Of a DNA stretch of 64,000 nt, positions 61,583 to 64,000 are shown one piece after another. Position numbers and translations under genes: made by a program. The DNA is from Nitrosopumilus sp. (GTDB lineage Archaea > Thermoproteota > Nitrososphaeria > Nitrososphaerales > Nitrosopumilaceae): assembly GCA_965224195.1 (NCBI GenBank), contig OZ245040.1, positions 1,536,001-1,600,000 on the forward strand, read 5' to 3'. The number at the start of each line of letters is the position of its first letter. Position 1 is the first letter of the stretch. The notes beneath the pieces are model-generated. The model was not told where the DNA came from and made no database searches. It was given only the letters and a program-made list of their open reading frames with translations.

Positions 61583-61810
61583 AGAGTCTTCAGATTGACG
61601 TCTTGAAAAATTTGATTCTGCATGTTTTAGTTTAGCAGATTCTGCCACATCTTCAGTCATATCATAAAGATTATGTAATTCCATATCAGGAGTTAATTCA
61701 TCTTCCTTTTCATCATCTAAATCATACTCTAGATTTGCTAAAATGTCAACATTTTCTTCTAAAATATCAAGACATTTTTTTACAGATTCAGGAAGGTCTT
61801 CATCCATCAT
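61577..61810 (-). CDS. Acidic hypothetical protein
   Basis: 77 aa ORF. Confidence 0.55.
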   Translation of the reverse strand: MMDEDLPESVKKCLDILEENVDILANLEYDLDDEKEDELTPDMELHNLYDMTEDVAESAKLKHAESNFSRRQSEDSL

Positions 61811-61866
61811 AGTATCTAGAACATAGTAAACTAAATGATTTGCTGTATGTTATAGTAAAGAACGTC

Positions 61867-62973
61867 TTATTGTTTGGCTATTTCTCTGAGTTTTGGCATT
61901 ACATGAGTTGCAAATTTGTCAATAGAGCCAAAGTAGTTCTTACCCCAAAATCTAATTACAAAGTGATTGACACCAGCTTTCATAAATTCCTCAAATACTG
62001 GAATTATGTCTTCAGGAGTACCAAGTGCAATTGAAGAACGGGCAACATCATCAGGCATCTTAGTTGCAGCCTCTCTCATCTTTACAATCCAAGATTGGTC
62101 GGACATTGAATATTCTGTAAAGTATTTTACAAAATCAAATCCCTCTATTTCTTTTAAGCCGTGAACTCTCAAAATTTCAGGCTTGAATAAACTAACTTTT
62201 ACTGCTTCTTTCATTTTAGCCCATGATTGTTCTGCATCTTCTGAAAAGTACACATCAATATCAAGTGCAAATTGAAAGTTGTCTTTTTCTTCTTGTGTTC
62301 TATTATTTTCATCCATTGATTTTTCAATTTGCGCTTTATGATCTGCAAAAAGTGGCGGAGTATAACCAATGGGTAGCCAACCATCACCTAATTTTCCAGT
62401 CATTGCAAGTGTACGTTTACCACCTGCTGCCATGTATGTTGGTGGATGTGGTTTTCTAATTGGTGGTGCTTGCAAACATGCACCTTCTAATTTGTAATAT
62501 TTACCATCATAGCTAACTGTGTTATCAGGAGTGGATTCATATAATTTATGAATAACTTGAATTTGTTCTTCCCATTTTGAAACTGGTTTCTCAAACGGAA
62601 TACAAAATTCTTTTAGATTTTGTGCCTCACCTGCACCAATACCGAGAATAGCTCTACCTTTTGAAATTCTATCAAGAGAAATTGTAGCTAGAGCAATATT
62701 TGAGGGGTGTCTTCTAATTGCATCAGTCACACACGTACCAATCTCAACATTCTGTGTAACTGCAGCAATTGCAGACAACATAACCCATGGATCTAATACA
62801 ATGGCATTTTTCCATTGTGGGACATTTGTGTGGTCCATATAGAAAATAGAATCATAACCAGTTTTATCAGCAAGTATACAAGCTGTTAAAATTTGGTCTT
62901 CAGAATAACCAGCTCTTGCCACATTTAGTCCGTTTTGAATACCAAATTTGAGTTGTTTTGAAGCCAAGTACAT
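61867..62973 (-). CDS. LLM-class (luciferase-like) flavin/F420 oxidoreductase
   Basis: MDH, DPWVMLSAIA, SKGRAILGIGAG, GDGW. Confidence 0.9.
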   Translation of the reverse strand: MYLASKQLKFGIQNGLNVARAGYSEDQILTACILADKTGYDSIFYMDHTNVPQWKNAIVLDPWVMLSAIAAVTQNVEIGTCVTDAIRRHPSNIALATISLDRISKGRAILGIGAGEAQNLKEFCIPFEKPVSKWEEQIQVIHKLYESTPDNTVSYDGKYYKLEGACLQAPPIRKPHPPTYMAAGGKRTLAMTGKLGDGWLPIGYTPPLFADHKAQIEKSMDENNRTQEEKDNFQFALDIDVYFSEDAEQSWAKMKEAVKVSLFKPEILRVHGLKEIEGFDFVKYFTEYSMSDQSWIVKMREAATKMPDDVARSSIALGTPEDIIPVFEEFMKAGVNHFVIRFWGKNYFGSIDKFATHVMPKLREIAKQ

Positions 62974-63066
62974 TTACGTCAGATTATTAGAATAAAAAGT
63001 TTCATCAAGCTGCCAATTTCGCACTATATCAAGAAAATAGAAAAAAAGTAAAAAATATTGAATTTT

Positions 63067-64000
63067 TTACAAATTACCTGCGTTGATATCTTCAAGACAC
63101 TTTACGACATCATCTTTTGATATTGGAATTGGGTTTGGATCCAAATGTCCTCTATCTGTCATTACAGTGTCTGCAGCTTCTGAAATATCAGCTTTGAGTT
63201 CTAGTTTATCAAAGCCTAATTTTTCCATAGCCTCTTTGAATCTATCATAAAAGATTGATTTGTTATGCTTGTGTGCAACTGTAGTGCATGAAGATAATGA
63301 AAATCCATGCGGTACACCCTCATTTGAGAACACATAGGACAATGCATGTCCTAGAGTTGTAGAGCAATTCCCAAATCCCATTCCAGACAACATTGATCCA
63401 TAAGGATAGTTTTCTGGTTTGTCATTCATAATTGCATCATACAGAATATCAAATGCTTGTTTGCATAGAGTTCTTGTCAAGTCATTGCCGAGTTTGCTAT
63501 CATAGCCTTCGGTTGCTTGAGCACATGCATCACAGACAGAATTTTTCAAAACCTGTTCTGGAGTGCCATCCATAAAGTATGAATCGACTACAGCCATGTC
63601 AGCTAAAAATTTGTCTTCACGTAACAATTTCTTTTTACCATCAAATTTCAGAACGCAATAAGTTGTCATTTCAGCTCCAGTTCCAAATGTTGTTGGAATT
63701 AAGATTTTTTCTTTTTTCATCTCAGGTGCAGCATATTTTACTACATCCATTGAACTTCCTCCACCAAGTCCAATTAGACATGATGGGTTTTTGTCTTTGA
63801 ATTGTGAAATAACAGTATTGACATCGTCAATTGATGGTTCAGGTTTTACTTGGTCATACAACATGTAATCCTGGATACCCATTTTTGCCAACCATTTATC
63901 AGATAGTGCTGGCGGAACGGTTGTGACAACTAGGGCATTTTTTGGATACTCTGTTTCACCAAGTGCATTTTCTCCAAAGTTGATAACCTTTGGAATGCGT
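63067..64000 (-). CDS. Iron-containing alcohol dehydrogenase, probably the malonic semialdehyde reductase of the 3HP/4HB cycle; start lies outside the window
   Basis: The frame is open to the window edge (RIPKVINFGENALG...); GGGSSMD, PTTFGTGAE, GHALS..PHG. Confidence 0.8.
   Translation of the reverse strand, partial: RIPKVINFGENALGETEYPKNALVVTTVPPALSDKWLAKMGIQDYMLYDQVKPEPSIDDVNTVISQFKDKNPSCLIGLGGGSSMDVVKYAAPEMKKEKILIPTTFGTGAEMTTYCVLKFDGKKKLLREDKFLADMAVVDSYFMDGTPEQVLKNSVCDACAQATEGYDSKLGNDLTRTLCKQAFDILYDAIMNDKPENYPYGSMLSGMGFGNCSTTLGHALSYVFSNEGVPHGFSLSSCTTVAHKHNKSIFYDRFKEAMEKLGFDKLELKADISEAADTVMTDRGHLDPNPIPISKDDVVKCLEDINAGNL

Noticed and set aside
26730-63800. Numerous 60-130 aa antisense or alternate-frame ORFs inside leuB, leuA, ilvB, carAB, uvrAB and other core genes
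   Set aside because: Fully overlap well-supported genes and show no motifs.

Overview
AT-rich chromosome segment from an ammonia-oxidising archaeon of the Nitrosopumilus/Nitrosopumilaceae type, judged from PEFG-CTERM and CFI-box-CTERM proteins, a cdvC/cdvB-like locus and a thaumarchaeal Fe-ADH. Most of it (1-4.5 kb and 16.9-64 kb) is core housekeeping: mntR, PINA ATPase, mpg, aspS, ilvB-ilvH-leuA-leuB, lsrF, carAB, cdvC, citrate synthase, uvrBAC, cupredoxin and F420/flavin oxidoreductases. Between about 4.67 and 16.85 kb lies a decaying accessory island that starts at a truncated tldD. It holds nested IS6-family elements with recognisable terminal repeats, an IS5 remnant, secreted-protein genes, a ClpP-fold SDH protease, a HicBA-like pair and many pseudogenes. 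The most striking signal is three unrelated island genes that each carry the same scar: a 36-37 bp duplication of local gene sequence enclosing a foreign 35-36 bp insert (periods 71, 72 and 73 bp). This is the geometry expected from off-target CRISPR Cas1-Cas2 spacer integration (neo-CRISPR units), although no cas gene is in the window. Other notable items are a Leu/Val-rich leader peptide upstream of the ilv-leu operon (possible archaeal attenuation) and an apparent ATT start for carA. No rRNA, tRNA or true CRISPR array was recognised.
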